DNA of 64,000 nucleotides from the NCBI GenBank assembly GCA_043228905.1, contig JBHGNT010000008.1:4154001-4218000 (forward strand), in the 5' to 3' direction. The position numbers and the translations under genes were made by a program. Below are positions 1 to 12,300 of this stretch, one piece after another (position 1 is the first letter of the stretch; each line of letters begins with the position of its first letter). The notes under the pieces were generated by a model, which had not been told where the DNA came from, did no database searches, and saw nothing but the letters and a program-made list of their open reading frames with translations. The DNA is from Azolla caroliniana (lineage: Eukaryota; Plantae; Polypodiophyta).

Positions 1-41
1 GACACATTCAAGAAGCTCTGCCTTTGTTATTCTTCCAGATT

Positions 42-3000
42 ATGGATCCTCAATCAAGCCTTCTTCCTCCCCTGTTTCTTACTCTGTTCAGATCTTGTTG
101 TAAGAAGAAATGTTTGCACGAGGCTAAGCTTGTGCATGCTCACTTGTTTAGCTACGGTTTGGAATCATTCACTTTCATTGGTGAAGGCTTAGTAGAAATG
201 CTTGTAAAATGTGGTGGTTTTGACGATGCAATTCAAATGGTCTACGTTTTACCATATACAACTTCAAATACATGGACGAATTTGATCATTGAATATATTG
301 AATCTGGGCAATCTCAACATGCTCTTAGAATGTATCAAGAAATGCAAGAAATGGTATTCACACAATCCATCAATCCGTATAATTATGTTAATATGTTCAA
401 AGCATGTGCCAATGTTGCCGATCTCAAAATGGGCAAAGTGTTGCATGAAGAAGCATGGACTAAGACTTGGCTTAAAGTAAATGCATTTGTTGGGAGCACC
501 ATTATAACGATGTATGGAAAGTGTGGGTGCATCATAGAAGCTAAAAAGGTATTTGATGAACTCTCAGAGCGAGATGTAGTGACATGGAATGCAATGTTGT
601 CGGCTTATATTGAACAAGGTCAAGAAGAGGATGCATTGTTATTGCAACCCACAATGCAAAATGAAGGTGTGAGCTCTAATGAAAGGACCCTTGTGATTGC
701 TCTACAAGCATGCTACATGATTGCAGATAAGACAATGAGAGATACCTCTCTGCAAGAGAAAGAAAACAAAGAAACGATTTTGAATGTGGGTCGAACATTG
801 CATATGGATGCATGTTTCAAAGGATTTGAATTGGGTGTTTTTGTTGGCAATTCTCTCGTAAACATGTATGGAAAGTGTGGGCGTATCAGTGAAGCAGAGT
901 ATGTGTTTAGATGCAATATGCCCATTAGGAATGTGGTGTCATGGACGTTATTGCTGTCAATCTATTTGGAGCAAGAAGAAGAAAATAAGGTACTGCTTGC
1001 ATACCGACAAATGCAAGAAGAGGGAGTGCAGCCAAACGAATGGACATTTTCTATTGTCTTTCAGGCATGCTGTATGCTTTTGGATAAGGAAGAAGTGTTT
1101 GTTGTGGTGAATCAAAGCATAAAAGTCTTTTCCTTGAAAATTGTCCAAGCTTTACACCAAGATGTACGAAGGAATGGCCTTCATTCGAATGTATTTATTG
1201 GAAGTAGATTAGTGAGTACCTATGGAAAATGTGGGAGTATAGTTGAAGCTGAAAATGTTTTTCAAGGATTGCAGCACCCCGATGCAATAGCTTGGAGTGC
1301 AATGATGGCAGCATATGTTGAAGTAGGTGATGGTGAAAGAGCTTTACAACTATTCAACCAAATTGAGGGAAAATATTTGATTCTTGATGAACAAATATTT
1401 GTGATTGCTCTTCAAGCATGTTGCGTACTTGCAGAGGGAAAAAATGTGGAGGCTCAGGATGATGCACGAATGAAAAAGTTGGCTTTGGAAATTGGTGAAT
1501 CGATATATGCTGATATTGTTAAAAGAGGATTGGATCTAGACACATTTGTAAGTAATGCCATTCTTAGTATGTATAGTAAGTGTGGGGTTCTTGAAGAAGC
1601 TGAGAATGTCTTTTATGGATCCTCTCCATGTGATGCAATGTTATGGATGTCCATGCTGTCAGCTTATGTACATCAAGATCAAGAAAAAGCCATAATGCTT
1701 TACCGACAAATGTCAGAAGAAGGATGTTTGGGTGATAATGGGCGGAGTTATGTAATGGCTCTTCAAGCATGTAACTTGCTCGGCGAAAAGGATAAGGATA
1801 CAGATATGATTATTCGACCTATCATGTCTATGGCTTTGGAAATTGGTCAGGGTCTACATGCTGATGCTACTAAGAAAGGCATGCTTTCAAATGTATATGT
1901 TGGAAGTGCTCTCATAGGTTTGTATGGCACATGTGGTGACATAGTAGAGGCTGAGAATGTGTTTAGTTGCTTATCTCTCTATGACATGGTGACTTGGAAT
2001 ACTATGCTATTGGCATATGTTAAGCAAAATCTTCCTGAAAGGGCTCTACAGTTCTTCTTACATATGCAGAAGGATCTAAGCGTAGTGCCAAACAATAGGA
2101 CCTTTGTGATCATTCTTCAAGCATGTTGTATGTTGGCAGAGGAGGAAGAAGCTGTTCTTGTGGATAGTCAATTCATCAAAACGATGTGTCTGGAAATTGG
2201 AGAAGCAATGCATCAAGATATTGAAAAATTAGGGTTTATTGCAGATCCATTTGTTAATAACAGTCTTATTTGTATGTATGGAAAATGTGGCAACATTCTG
2301 GAAGCAGAGGCGCTCTTTGGCAGCTCATGTAAAGACAATGTTGTGCCATGGAACATAATGCTTTCCATTTATGGCGAGCATGGCTTTGAAGAAAAGATTT
2401 TCCAGCTTCTCAACCAAATGTGGAAAGAAGGCATTGATCAAGATGAGATAACATTTCTAATTGCTTTCCAAGCATGTTGTGAACTTGCACAGAAAGAAAA
2501 TGTAGTTAGGGAAGGGAAGACACTAAAAGAAATATCATTGGAATTTGGTCGATTGCAACATTCTCTGGCAAGGAGAAAAGGTATGGATTCAGATATCTTT
2601 GTCAGTAGCTCTCTTATTGCTATGTATGGAAAATGCGGGAGCATTGTGGATGCTGAGAATGTGTTTGCTGGATTGTTGCAACGAGACAGTGTGTCATGGA
2701 ATTCTATCATCCATGCATATGTGTATCAAGGTGAGCCCGAGAGAGGTTTACAAATATATACAGAAATGCAAAGAAAAGGGTTCAGATCAAATAGCCGAAC
2801 CTTTGTAATGGCTCTTGAAGCATGTTGTGCAATTGCTGAGAAAGAAGAAAAAGTTGGAGTGGAAGTGCAGTCCTTCAAATCTACGTCTCTTGAGATTGGC
2901 CGTGCTTTGCATATGGATGCAAGGCAGGGTAAGTTTTGTTTGGATGCCTTCGTTGTGAGTGCATTTGTGAGCATGTATGGAAAATGTGGAAGCATAGAAG

Positions 3001-3806
3001 AAGCGGAAAAAGTCTTGTCTGAATCATCACAATATTGTGGTCTCATAGCCCATAATGCAATGCTTGCAGCATATATCGAGAATAGCCAAGCAGAAAGTGC
3101 TCTCCATCTTTTTAGAGCTATCCAAAAGGAAAGCTTTTCCATGGATCATCTCACATTTTGGTATGCCTTACAAGCTTGCAGCATGATAGGGACAGTGGAC
3201 ATGTGTAGACACATCCACTGGATGATTGTTTCATGTGAATATGATTCGATTCCTCTTTTGGCAACTGCCCTTATTCACGCATATGGCAATTGTGCAACTG
3301 TGAGAGATGCTCAAGCAACTTTTGATATACTTGAGGAGGCAGACATAATATCATGGACTGTACTCTTGACTTGTTATGCCCAGCAAGGAAACTATTCTGT
3401 AAACCTACGAAACTTCAGGGAAATGCAATTTTCAGGTATTGAGCCTGATGGTGTTGCATTTCTCTCGCTCCTTTGTGCTTGTAATCATGCCGGAGTTACA
3501 AGTGATGGTATACTGTATTTCAAATTGATGTTGAAAGATTATGGTATCAATCCAAAGATGGAGCATTTCTCTATTATGATTGACATCCTCGGACGAGCAG
3601 GGGACTTCGGAAATGCAGAAGAAATAATGTCTAAAATGCCAATGAATCCTGATTTAACTACTTGGTTGTGTTTATTGAGTGCATGCCGTCATCATGGAAA
3701 ATTTGAACTAGGTAAAGAAGCATTTAAGAGTGCTGTGCATTTGCATCCAATGCTAGAATCTTCCTATATTCTTATGGCGAACATGTATGCGGATAATAGA
3801 TCATGA
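42..3806 (+). CDS. PLS-class pentatricopeptide repeat (PPR) protein with truncated E extension and no DYW domain; intronless
   Basis: Long ORF (first ATG at 42; the ORF track starts at TTG 24). Repeating P-L-S triplets (MYGKCG..EA..VF, VV.WN.ML.AY, TFV.ALQAC), then FLSLLCACNHAG, HFSIMIDILGRAG, WLCLLSACRHHG, ending SYILMANMYADNRS*. Confidence 0.95.
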   Translation: MDPQSSLLPPLFLTLFRSCCKKKCLHEAKLVHAHLFSYGLESFTFIGEGLVEMLVKCGGFDDAIQMVYVLPYTTSNTWTNLIIEYIESGQSQHALRMYQEMQEMVFTQSINPYNYVNMFKACANVADLKMGKVLHEEAWTKTWLKVNAFVGSTIITMYGKCGCIIEAKKVFDELSERDVVTWNAMLSAYIEQGQEEDALLLQPTMQNEGVSSNERTLVIALQACYMIADKTMRDTSLQEKENKETILNVGRTLHMDACFKGFELGVFVGNSLVNMYGKCGRISEAEYVFRCNMPIRNVVSWTLLLSIYLEQEEENKVLLAYRQMQEEGVQPNEWTFSIVFQACCMLLDKEEVFVVVNQSIKVFSLKIVQALHQDVRRNGLHSNVFIGSRLVSTYGKCGSIVEAENVFQGLQHPDAIAWSAMMAAYVEVGDGERALQLFNQIEGKYLILDEQIFVIALQACCVLAEGKNVEAQDDARMKKLALEIGESIYADIVKRGLDLDTFVSNAILSMYSKCGVLEEAENVFYGSSPCDAMLWMSMLSAYVHQDQEKAIMLYRQMSEEGCLGDNGRSYVMALQACNLLGEKDKDTDMIIRPIMSMALEIGQGLHADATKKGMLSNVYVGSALIGLYGTCGDIVEAENVFSCLSLYDMVTWNTMLLAYVKQNLPERALQFFLHMQKDLSVVPNNRTFVIILQACCMLAEEEEAVLVDSQFIKTMCLEIGEAMHQDIEKLGFIADPFVNNSLICMYGKCGNILEAEALFGSSCKDNVVPWNIMLSIYGEHGFEEKIFQLLNQMWKEGIDQDEITFLIAFQACCELAQKENVVREGKTLKEISLEFGRLQHSLARRKGMDSDIFVSSSLIAMYGKCGSIVDAENVFAGLLQRDSVSWNSIIHAYVYQGEPERGLQIYTEMQRKGFRSNSRTFVMALEACCAIAEKEEKVGVEVQSFKSTSLEIGRALHMDARQGKFCLDAFVVSAFVSMYGKCGSIEEAEKVLSESSQYCGLIAHNAMLAAYIENSQAESALHLFRAIQKESFSMDHLTFWYALQACSMIGTVDMCRHIHWMIVSCEYDSIPLLATALIHAYGNCATVRDAQATFDILEEADIISWTVLLTCYAQQGNYSVNLRNFREMQFSGIEPDGVAFLSLLCACNHAGVTSDGILYFKLMLKDYGINPKMEHFSIMIDILGRAGDFGNAEEIMSKMPMNPDLTTWLCLLSACRHHGKFELGKEAFKSAVHLHPMLESSYILMANMYADNRS

Positions 3807-4055
3807 ACTTGCATTAACATTTTTCTTGAAACAAGTTGAGATGATGAGACACAAAGGCATGTTTTGGAGGAAACAGAGACTTATTCATGAGTTAGAAAGG
3901 TCACTAAGAATTTCAAGATCGTTGAAGACACCAGTATCAACGACTGGTTTGTCTGGAGTGTGACACTTCAAAAATATCAAAGGACTATGTGCCTATATAA
4001 GTGTGGTTTGTATCAGACAGTTTGGATAGGAAATCTCAGATCACGAAATTATTAA

Positions 4056-4585
4056 ATCCAACATCTGCGTGGATCACCACATAAGCTCCACTTAAAGAGT
4101 GCACAGGTGGACTACAGCCTGTTATAGGATGTAGAGCATTAGTCTGCAGGGAACTCAAAGATACAAAAATGCAGGAGTTGTCACCACCAGCCTTGATTGC
4201 TTGGCCGTTCTGGCTACTGACTAATGAAGAAAATGGAATGTCAAACGATTCGATCAATGCCAACATTTCATGGTTCACCAAACATACACCTCCCATAAAT
4301 GTAACCTGTAAAATATTCCAGTCTGATATGTAATGATCACTTTTCAGACACAAACCCTTATCCAGCATCTGTGTGGATCACCATATAAGCTCTACTTAAA
4401 GAAGGCACAGTTGAACTACACTGTGTTAGCAGATAAAGAGCATTAGTCTGAATGGAACTCGACGATACCAAATCCAGGTGTTGTCACCACCAACCTTCTT
4501 CGATTGATTCAATGTTCTGGCTACTGACTAATGAAGAAGATGGAATGCCAAAGGAATGATTTGATCAATACTGATGTTTCATGAT
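4056..4585. repeat. Diverged direct duplication, ~220-bp unit, ~303-bp period
   Basis: atccaacatctgcgtggatcaccacataagctc...gttctggctactgactaatgaagaa at ~4056-4272 recurs at ~4359-4585. Confidence 0.85.
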
Positions 4586-4909
4586 CCAGCTGACAAAATA
4601 GTATCTCAACACTGGAAGTTCCGGATGTTGACTCAGCAAAGGTATGCCTAGCTAGATTTTAAACAATTCCATTTGATGTGTATATTCAAATCATGCATCA
4701 TTGACAACTGAGAATCATCTAGAAACTTTATAATTATCTAGTAATATGACTATATACGTGGAGTACAAAGCTCAAGAGTGGAGGTTGATAAATGGCTTAG
4801 AATAAGTAGACATATTAAGATAGAATCTTCTCATAATTATCTGCATTTCCATTTTATGTCATGTTCATGAATCACATATCCGTATCTTTGTATGCATGTG
4901 TGGCTGCCG

Positions 4910-7725
4910 TTCAGCTGGACAGGCAGGATTGCGGAAGGGGTTCAACTTTGGATCACATATTGACCCTCTGAGACCTTATCAAGGGGAGCAGAGCCCATTA
5001 TAAGAGGATTTATTGCTGCTTTGTAGAATTCCGAAAAGCCTTTGGCACTGCCATGTACTTGGTTTATGCAATGGCTAGAAGCCCTTGGTGTTCCTACAGA
5101 TATGTAATGGGGAATCTATGCACTCTATGAATCAATGTCAGAAAAAGTGTGGTCTTCCAAGGGTTTTTCAGAGGCGATGGCTAGCACAATTGGAGTGAAG
5201 CAAGGATGCCCACTATCGCCTACTCTCTTCTGTCTCTATATAGAAGACAAATCACATTACATAGAGAGATTCGCAGTTCGGGAGCATGCCTAGCAAGTAT
5301 AGCTATACAAATATTACTAATTTACTATACGTTGACTGACTCATCCGGAGGGACTACAAAGACATCTAAATGCCTTCAAACTATTTTGTACAGACAAAGG
5401 TTTGTTGATAAACATAGATAAAACTAAAGCGATGGTGTTTAGCACCACTCAAGCATGGTTAACAAGATCAGAACTGGAATTCTTCTTGGGAGAGGAAAAG
5501 GTGGAATATACATGCTCTTACACATACCTAGGAGTAACATTTACAGGGCCTAGGTTCTCCTTATGAGAGACTCCTTGTGCCTAACTTTCTTGTGCATATG
5601 TAGCCCTTTATGCTCTCGAAAGACAATGTGCACATTTTTAGTTCCAAGAGCCTCGAACTAAGCTAAGGTTATTTGATACACTTGTCATACCAACTCTTCT
5701 CTATGGAGTAGAAACGTGGGGACCAAGTCTTAACAAGGCAAATCATTGGAAAGATTTAGAGAGACCTTTAGTGTCAATGATCACACATGATAACGAGCAA
5801 AGCATCAGTGTCCCATGACATAATCCTGGCAGAGATGGGAGCAGCCCCTATAATCATTGAGGCATTGTTCCAATCATAGATTGACATATTCACATTCGTG
5901 GGGTTTCCCATTCGAATGCAAATGAATATGAATACGAATGGGTGGTCAAGTATTCGTTTGACTCAAAAAAGAAAAGAAAAAAGAGAGTACATAAAGTTAT
6001 CTATTTTAATTTCTTAGGATAAAAAAAAGGAACTTGACAACAAATAGGGATAATAAAAGAGGGACTTGACACTACTCAATTTTTATAATAAATGTGTAAC
6101 TTATAATTATAAGTATTCGTTTTATTTTTAATAAATGAATAAAATAAAATAAAGGTTCATTAATTTTTCACTTTTTATTCCCTCAAAAATTTATGGATAT
6201 TTTTATCTTGACATTAAAAATAGGACTGGAAAGTTCACACTAATCATATTTTTATAATAAATATAAAAATATTTATATTTTAAAATTTAATTAATTAAAA
6301 TAAGTTTCATAAACTCTCCTGAAGGTTGACACTATAATCTATTAATGAATAATTATTCTTTTTTTGGTGAAATAAATTTATTTAAATAAAAAAATGAATT
6401 AATTAATTTTTTTATATTTATTTTGCAAAACGAATGGTTTTATAATATTCTTGGGGCTATTTCGTATTCTCGAATATTACGAATATTGTGCATAGAGAAT
6501 ATCACGCATGTGTCAATCTATGGTTCCAATCAATGACTTGTATCCAACGTCTTGGGGAGCTCCCTAAATGAAGGTACCTAAGGTTGGCACTTATGGCATA
6601 AAGACAATTGACTGAGAATGGAGACGTTAATTGTTGGTATGTTTAAATGCAACAATGGTTCGAGTCACAAGGCATAAGCATAAATGCACTACCCCCATCC
6701 AATATAGCTTGGATTGTGCTCATCTAAATATGACCAAAGTGGAAAAGAATAGAGTGATCCGAATTGATATTATTAGCTTGGAAAAAAAGATAACGTAGAT
6801 CAACCCAAAAATATCACTTGGTACGAAGATGGCCCACTACAAGACACACTTTTTACAAACATCAGAAGATGGATTCATCATTAGGCTACCTTATATGGAC
6901 ATACATATATCCTATGCGATGTGCAGTGTGATAGGGCAGTTGCGAACATCATCACATCATCTAGAGATTGAGGTAGGCAGATATACATGAAAACCTCTAG
7001 AAGAAAGAATTTGCCAATTGTGACATCAAGGAGTAGAATATGAAGAACACTATGTGTGTCATTGTAGTGTTTTTTAGGAAATAAGAGGGAGATCCCATTG
7101 CCTCTTTAAACAAGGCTTTAGCCTAGTATGCAAGGTTATAGAATATGAGGACCAACGGTGCCTAGGACTTTCCTTGTGAGAACTCAAGAGACATAGGGAA
7201 ATATTGTTGAAGGACAATAGTACAACCACACAAGCTCATCCACGAAGAACAATCACAACTTTCTTTTGCCCATCACTCCTACTAATGCTACAAGTCAATC
7301 AAGGGCAGCACAAATGTGCTCCAAACTAGGACATAACAAAGGGGTTATAATAGATCGGGCAATAGCAATTTGTCATGCACGTAGACCTCGGCCCCACGGA
7401 TCATGTCCTCAGTTCATTATCTCCTGCCACTGTAAGTGCTTCCCTCGCTTTGCAGACCTCTCCATTTTGGATCAACCTATGCTAGAGATCTTTCGAAGTC
7501 TAAAGTTATAAGATATCTAACTTGAGAATCTCCCATGTGCCGAAAACCTAATTCTTTAGTCTACTTTTATCTTATTTATTTTTATATTTACTTAATGATA
7601 TTTATTTTATTTTGATTTGTTGTTCTCAAAGATGAGACCACACTTAAGATGTAATCTCTTGTTTGGTCTTATAGGCCATTTTGGCCTCTTAAAAGACATC
7701 AATATATCTTTCTTTCTTTCTTTCA
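4910..7725 (+). mobile_element. 5'-truncated, decayed non-LTR retrotransposon (LINE, RTE/RTEX-like) with RT remnant, 3' UTR and (TTTC)n tail
   Basis: Broken RT motifs on +: GQAGLRKG, CFVEFRKAF, GVKQGCPLSPTLFCLYIED, IDKTKAMVF, YTYLGVTF, LLYGVETWG. C-terminal QLRTSSHHLEIEVGRY..RICQL..EEHYVCHC. Many stops and frameshifts; ends in tctttctttctttctttc at ~7707-7724. Confidence 0.85.
5875..6522. mobile_element. hAT-type MITE (648 bp) nested in the LINE
   Basis: TIRs catagattgacatat / atgtgtcaatctatg (14/15 match). Perfect 8-bp TSD gttccaat at 5867-5874 and 6523-6530. Very AT-rich non-coding interior; the LINE sequence resumes after it. Confidence 0.9.
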
Positions 7726-7914
7726 GTCACCCATGTCACTTACAAATAAAGTTCATTATCATCTAGCACTAAAGGTGCTTCCTTGGTGTCGGGAGATCTG
7801 TCCATCTCGGATCTGGCCATGTTGGAGATCTTCCAAGGGTAGAATGCTACCTATCTAATGATATTGTCTTTGGCACCTTAAGCAATTCTACAAATTTAAT
7901 TATATTTATTTTGG

Positions 7915-8062
7915 TTTGTTGGTCTCAAAGATGAGACACCATTTTAAGATGTAATGTCTGGTTCTGTTTCATAGGCCATTTTTGCCTCTAAAGAAATGTT
8001 AATATATTTTTCTTTCTTTGGGCCAAATTTGGTCTCAGAAGATGTTAATATATCTTTCTTTC
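7915..8062 (+). repeat. Two short extra copies of the LINE 3' end
   Basis: tctcaaagatgagac...ttaagatgtaat...ataggccatttt.gcctc...taatata..tttctttc repeats 7620-7725; a further shorter copy follows at ~8021-8062. Confidence 0.75.
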
Positions 8063-9394
8063 CATTGTTTTGCCTGTTCTATTGAATTGCTTCTTCACAC
8101 ATTGTCTTGCTAGATAAATTGATTCTTCCCAATATTTAGAGCAACAATTGGGCAAAGTCATTGGTGTGGTAAATAACCTAGTTTTTGTCTTTCTTTTCTT
8201 AGCCTATATATTCTATGTTGTTGTTAGCTTGGATAGTTTTTACTGCTATATCATATGTTTCTACAATTAGTCTTTATATTTGTAAAATGTGATGAATTGC
8301 TTTATGAAACCATTTCTAGTATGTTAACATCTCTTATTGGTAGTTATTCCTAGTTTTACTTGCATACCCCATGTTAATATTACCATTTATACAACTGCTT
8401 TTTACCGTCCAAACATCCATATGACTTTACAAAGTATCATGATAAATACACTTATAAGCAATACTAAATCTCTAGTTGACAGGTAAACCAAAATTCGGGT
8501 TATTAATATGTTCCACAATGTAAACTCTTGTTTCTTGTTTTATGCTGCAATGAAGTTAAAAGACTAACATTTGTAATGCAACATGATTCATATTTGACAT
8601 GTTGAGTGATATAAAACATTATGGACATGAACATAATGAAAATGATTCCATAGTTTGATTGGACTATTGCTCATTCATATTTATTTGAACCTAAAAGACT
8701 AGTAAGAATTAATGCCTAACAGTTAATTGTTCAACGTGATTCCACAGTTCGAATAAACCAGTAATCACTGTAAACACATACAAGAGGAACACTGTTCAAA
8801 GCAATGTGAGACTCCTATCTAACATTTTGGTAATAACACGATTATTTAGGGTAGCTACTGCATGTTCTTTTTGTATAATTGTAGGTAAGGACAAATTGTT
8901 AGAGAAATTATTACAACACTTGGTTTGGTTGAATGTTGCAAAAGTTTGCTATCAACAGTGAGTTGGTTGGCTTGACTTTTATCATCTGAAAACATTTGTT
9001 TCTTAGCCATCACAAAAGTTTTGGATGCTATTATGGGGATAACGTTGAGGATCAATATGATTAAGCTTATTCTCGCTCCCTGCACAGAGGGGCACTTGGG
9101 CAACCATTGCAACATGTATAGATCCTTCAAAGCATGAGTCAAATGTAAAGTTTCATTTATTGTCTTTCTTTGACTCAATCTCAAAAATATATGGAATGAG
9201 GAGTCTTCTCATTCCTCTTGGAAAGTACTTACAAAATTGGCATTGCTATGTTACAAGTACATATACACACTTCCATGCCTCGCACTGTCATCCACACCAC
9301 TTGTTCTGAACTGGATCAAGTGCTTATTTTTCACTCGTCATGGGCCATCATCATATATTGAATGAACATCCAGTAAATGTTCATATATAAGCTC

Positions 9395-12300
9395 TCAAGC
9401 ATTCACAAATTTCTTCTTCATCTTATCTGACCTGCCACCAGCAAATATATTAGATATCAAGATGAATGAGGCATGATCCATTTTGTCTAAATTTTGTATG
9501 AACCCAAAGGTTTCTGACCCAAGTTCAACATCATCCCATTTTTGGCAAGCACCCAATAAACTATTGATTACTAAACGATCATGCATGAAAGGCATTATCT
9601 TAAATAGTTCTGAAGCCTCATCTAATTGACCTGCACGACCAAGGAGATCTATCATGCAAGTATAGTGTTTAACACTTGGATTGATACCGAATTCTCCGCT
9701 CATCCTCTCAAAATAATTTTGTCCCTGATCGACTAGACCTCCATGGCTACAGGCATTGATAACACACAAGAATGTGATATCATCAGATTGTAGACCTTCT
9801 TGACTCATGGTTTCTAAAGAACGAAAAACAATATCACTTTCTCCATAACGAGCATAACATGTTAATAATGTATTCCAAGTAACTAGAGCTCTAGAGGGCA
9901 TTGAATAAAAAACGTTGTGTGCATACGTCATGCACCCACATTTCCCATACATATCAATGAGAGCTGCTTCTAGATACTCTCGAGATTCCATGAGTTCAAT
10001 GGCAACTAAAGTTTGAGCATGAATTCTTTTCCCACCTTCTAACATTGATGCATTCCCACATGCCCTTAAGATGGTCATAATGATCGTGCTATCTGGAAGT
10101 ATGCCTTGTTGTTGCATTTGCATATAGTTCACGAGGGCAAGTCCACATTGTCCTTGATTTGCATAGACCGCCAGCAATGAATTCCACATGATTATATCTA
10201 TGGCCACACCCTCTATCTGCATTTGTTGGAAACATAAGAACACTTCATTGCAAAGCCCAGCATCTGCATAACATGCCATGAGTGTACTCCATGAAATTGC
10301 ATCTCGTACCAACATGCTGTCAAATGTTTCCAATGCTTCATTACGTCGACCAAATTTAGAATACATCAGTATCAAACTGTTACTCACAACAAGTTCTCTT
10401 TCATACCCTTGTTTCACAATGTCAGCATGTATTTTTTGGCCACCTAATAGTTCGCTTGTCATACTGCAAGCTTTCATAATGCAGGAAAATGTTACAGCAT
10501 TTGGAGAGATGTGATTGTGTTGCATTATATGGTAACAATTCAGAGCTTTCATGGCATAGCCATGCTCAGTATAGCCAGAAATCAATGTAGTCCATGATAT
10601 GACATCTTGATGCTGCATCTCATCAATAACATACTTAGCTTCCAGAAATGAACCACATTTTGCATACATATCAAGCAGAGGGTTCTCAAGCATTTCTTCA
10701 AAATCGAAACCCAATTTTGTGATTTTGCTATGGAATTCCCGACCCCTATCTATTTCCCGTACACTCCCACAAGCTTTTAAGATGCAAACAAAAGTGACAG
10801 GGTTTGGTAACAATCCCTTTAAATGCATCTCATCTAGACATCCAAGCACGTCCCCAAAGTCTCCATGTTCACCATATCCAGCAATAAGTGTGGTCCATGA
10901 GACAATATCTTGAAATGGGATCTGATTAAAAATTTCCCTCGATTCCAAAAGAAGACCACATTTAGCATACATATCCATCAATATGCTGCTGACAACAGGA
11001 TCAGTTTCAAAACCTTTCTTCACAGTTTCCATATGTATATCTAGACCTGTGCCCCGATTAACACAACATTTTAAGATGCAAGCAAATGTGACAGCATTGG
11101 GTGCTATAAATTCAGTTTGCATCTCTTCTAATTGGTTTCGTGCCAGTTCATCAAATCCATACTCAGCATATGCTGTAATTAAAAGGTTCCACGAGACTAC
11201 ATCTCGAACTGATGATTCATTAAACACTTTGCGTGCTTCTTCTAAATCACCATGTTGTACATACATGTCCATTAAGCCATTGATAATAATTGATCTCGAA
11301 TCCAGTCCCAACTTAACCAATTGAATATGTATTTCTCGACCCTTATCAATGAAACCTAACCGCCCATATGCTTTCAAACTACAAAGAATTGTGACAGGAT
11401 CAAATGTCACACATTCTAGTTCAATTTGTTCCAAAGAGTGAAGAACATTCCCAGTCAGCCCTTCACCACTATACCCAACAATAAGTGCAGACCAAGATAC
11501 AGAATTTTGAGTAGGCGATCTATTGAAAATCTCTACTGCATCTATAAGCAAGCCAAACTTGACATACATATCCACCAAATTGTTGTAAATGAGCATCTCA
11601 TCTTCTAGTCCTCTAGCAACTATATCACTATGCATTTCTTGGCCCTTTACAACTGCCATAGAGTTTCCACATGCTCTCATGAAATACATCAACGTTACCA
11701 CATCTGGACATAGTCTTTTTAATTTCATCTCCTCTAATAGAACCAATACCTCCTCATCAAAACCAAACTCAGCATATGCTGTGATTAGTCCAGTCCATGA
11801 GACCACATCATGAACAGGAATACTATCAAAGACAAACTTCGCATCACTAAGTGACATGCACTCTGCATACATATCAATCAAGGCACTGATTATCAATTCA
11901 TCTCTTTCAAATCCCTTTTGAATTATAAGAGTGTGGATTTCTCGACCTTTGTTTAAGGTTCTCATATTACAACAACCTTTTAACATCAAGATAAAACTAA
12001 TTGAATCTGGAGATAAAGTTTCAAGCTGCATTTGTTCCAAACAAGAAAACATTTGCTCGACATCCTCACCTTCAGCAAAGCTCGATATGATGGAATTCCA
12101 TGAAATGACATTTCTAGCTGATAAATCATCGAAAACGTGTTTGGCTTCTATGTGTGAACCGCACTTGGCATACACATCCACTAAGGTATTTCCAATAAAG
12201 GAATCAATTTCAAATCCTCTCTTTACAATCTCAGAATGAAGATATCTACTATCATCTTCACAACCAACACTGCCACAGCTCTTTAGGCAAAGAGCATAAG

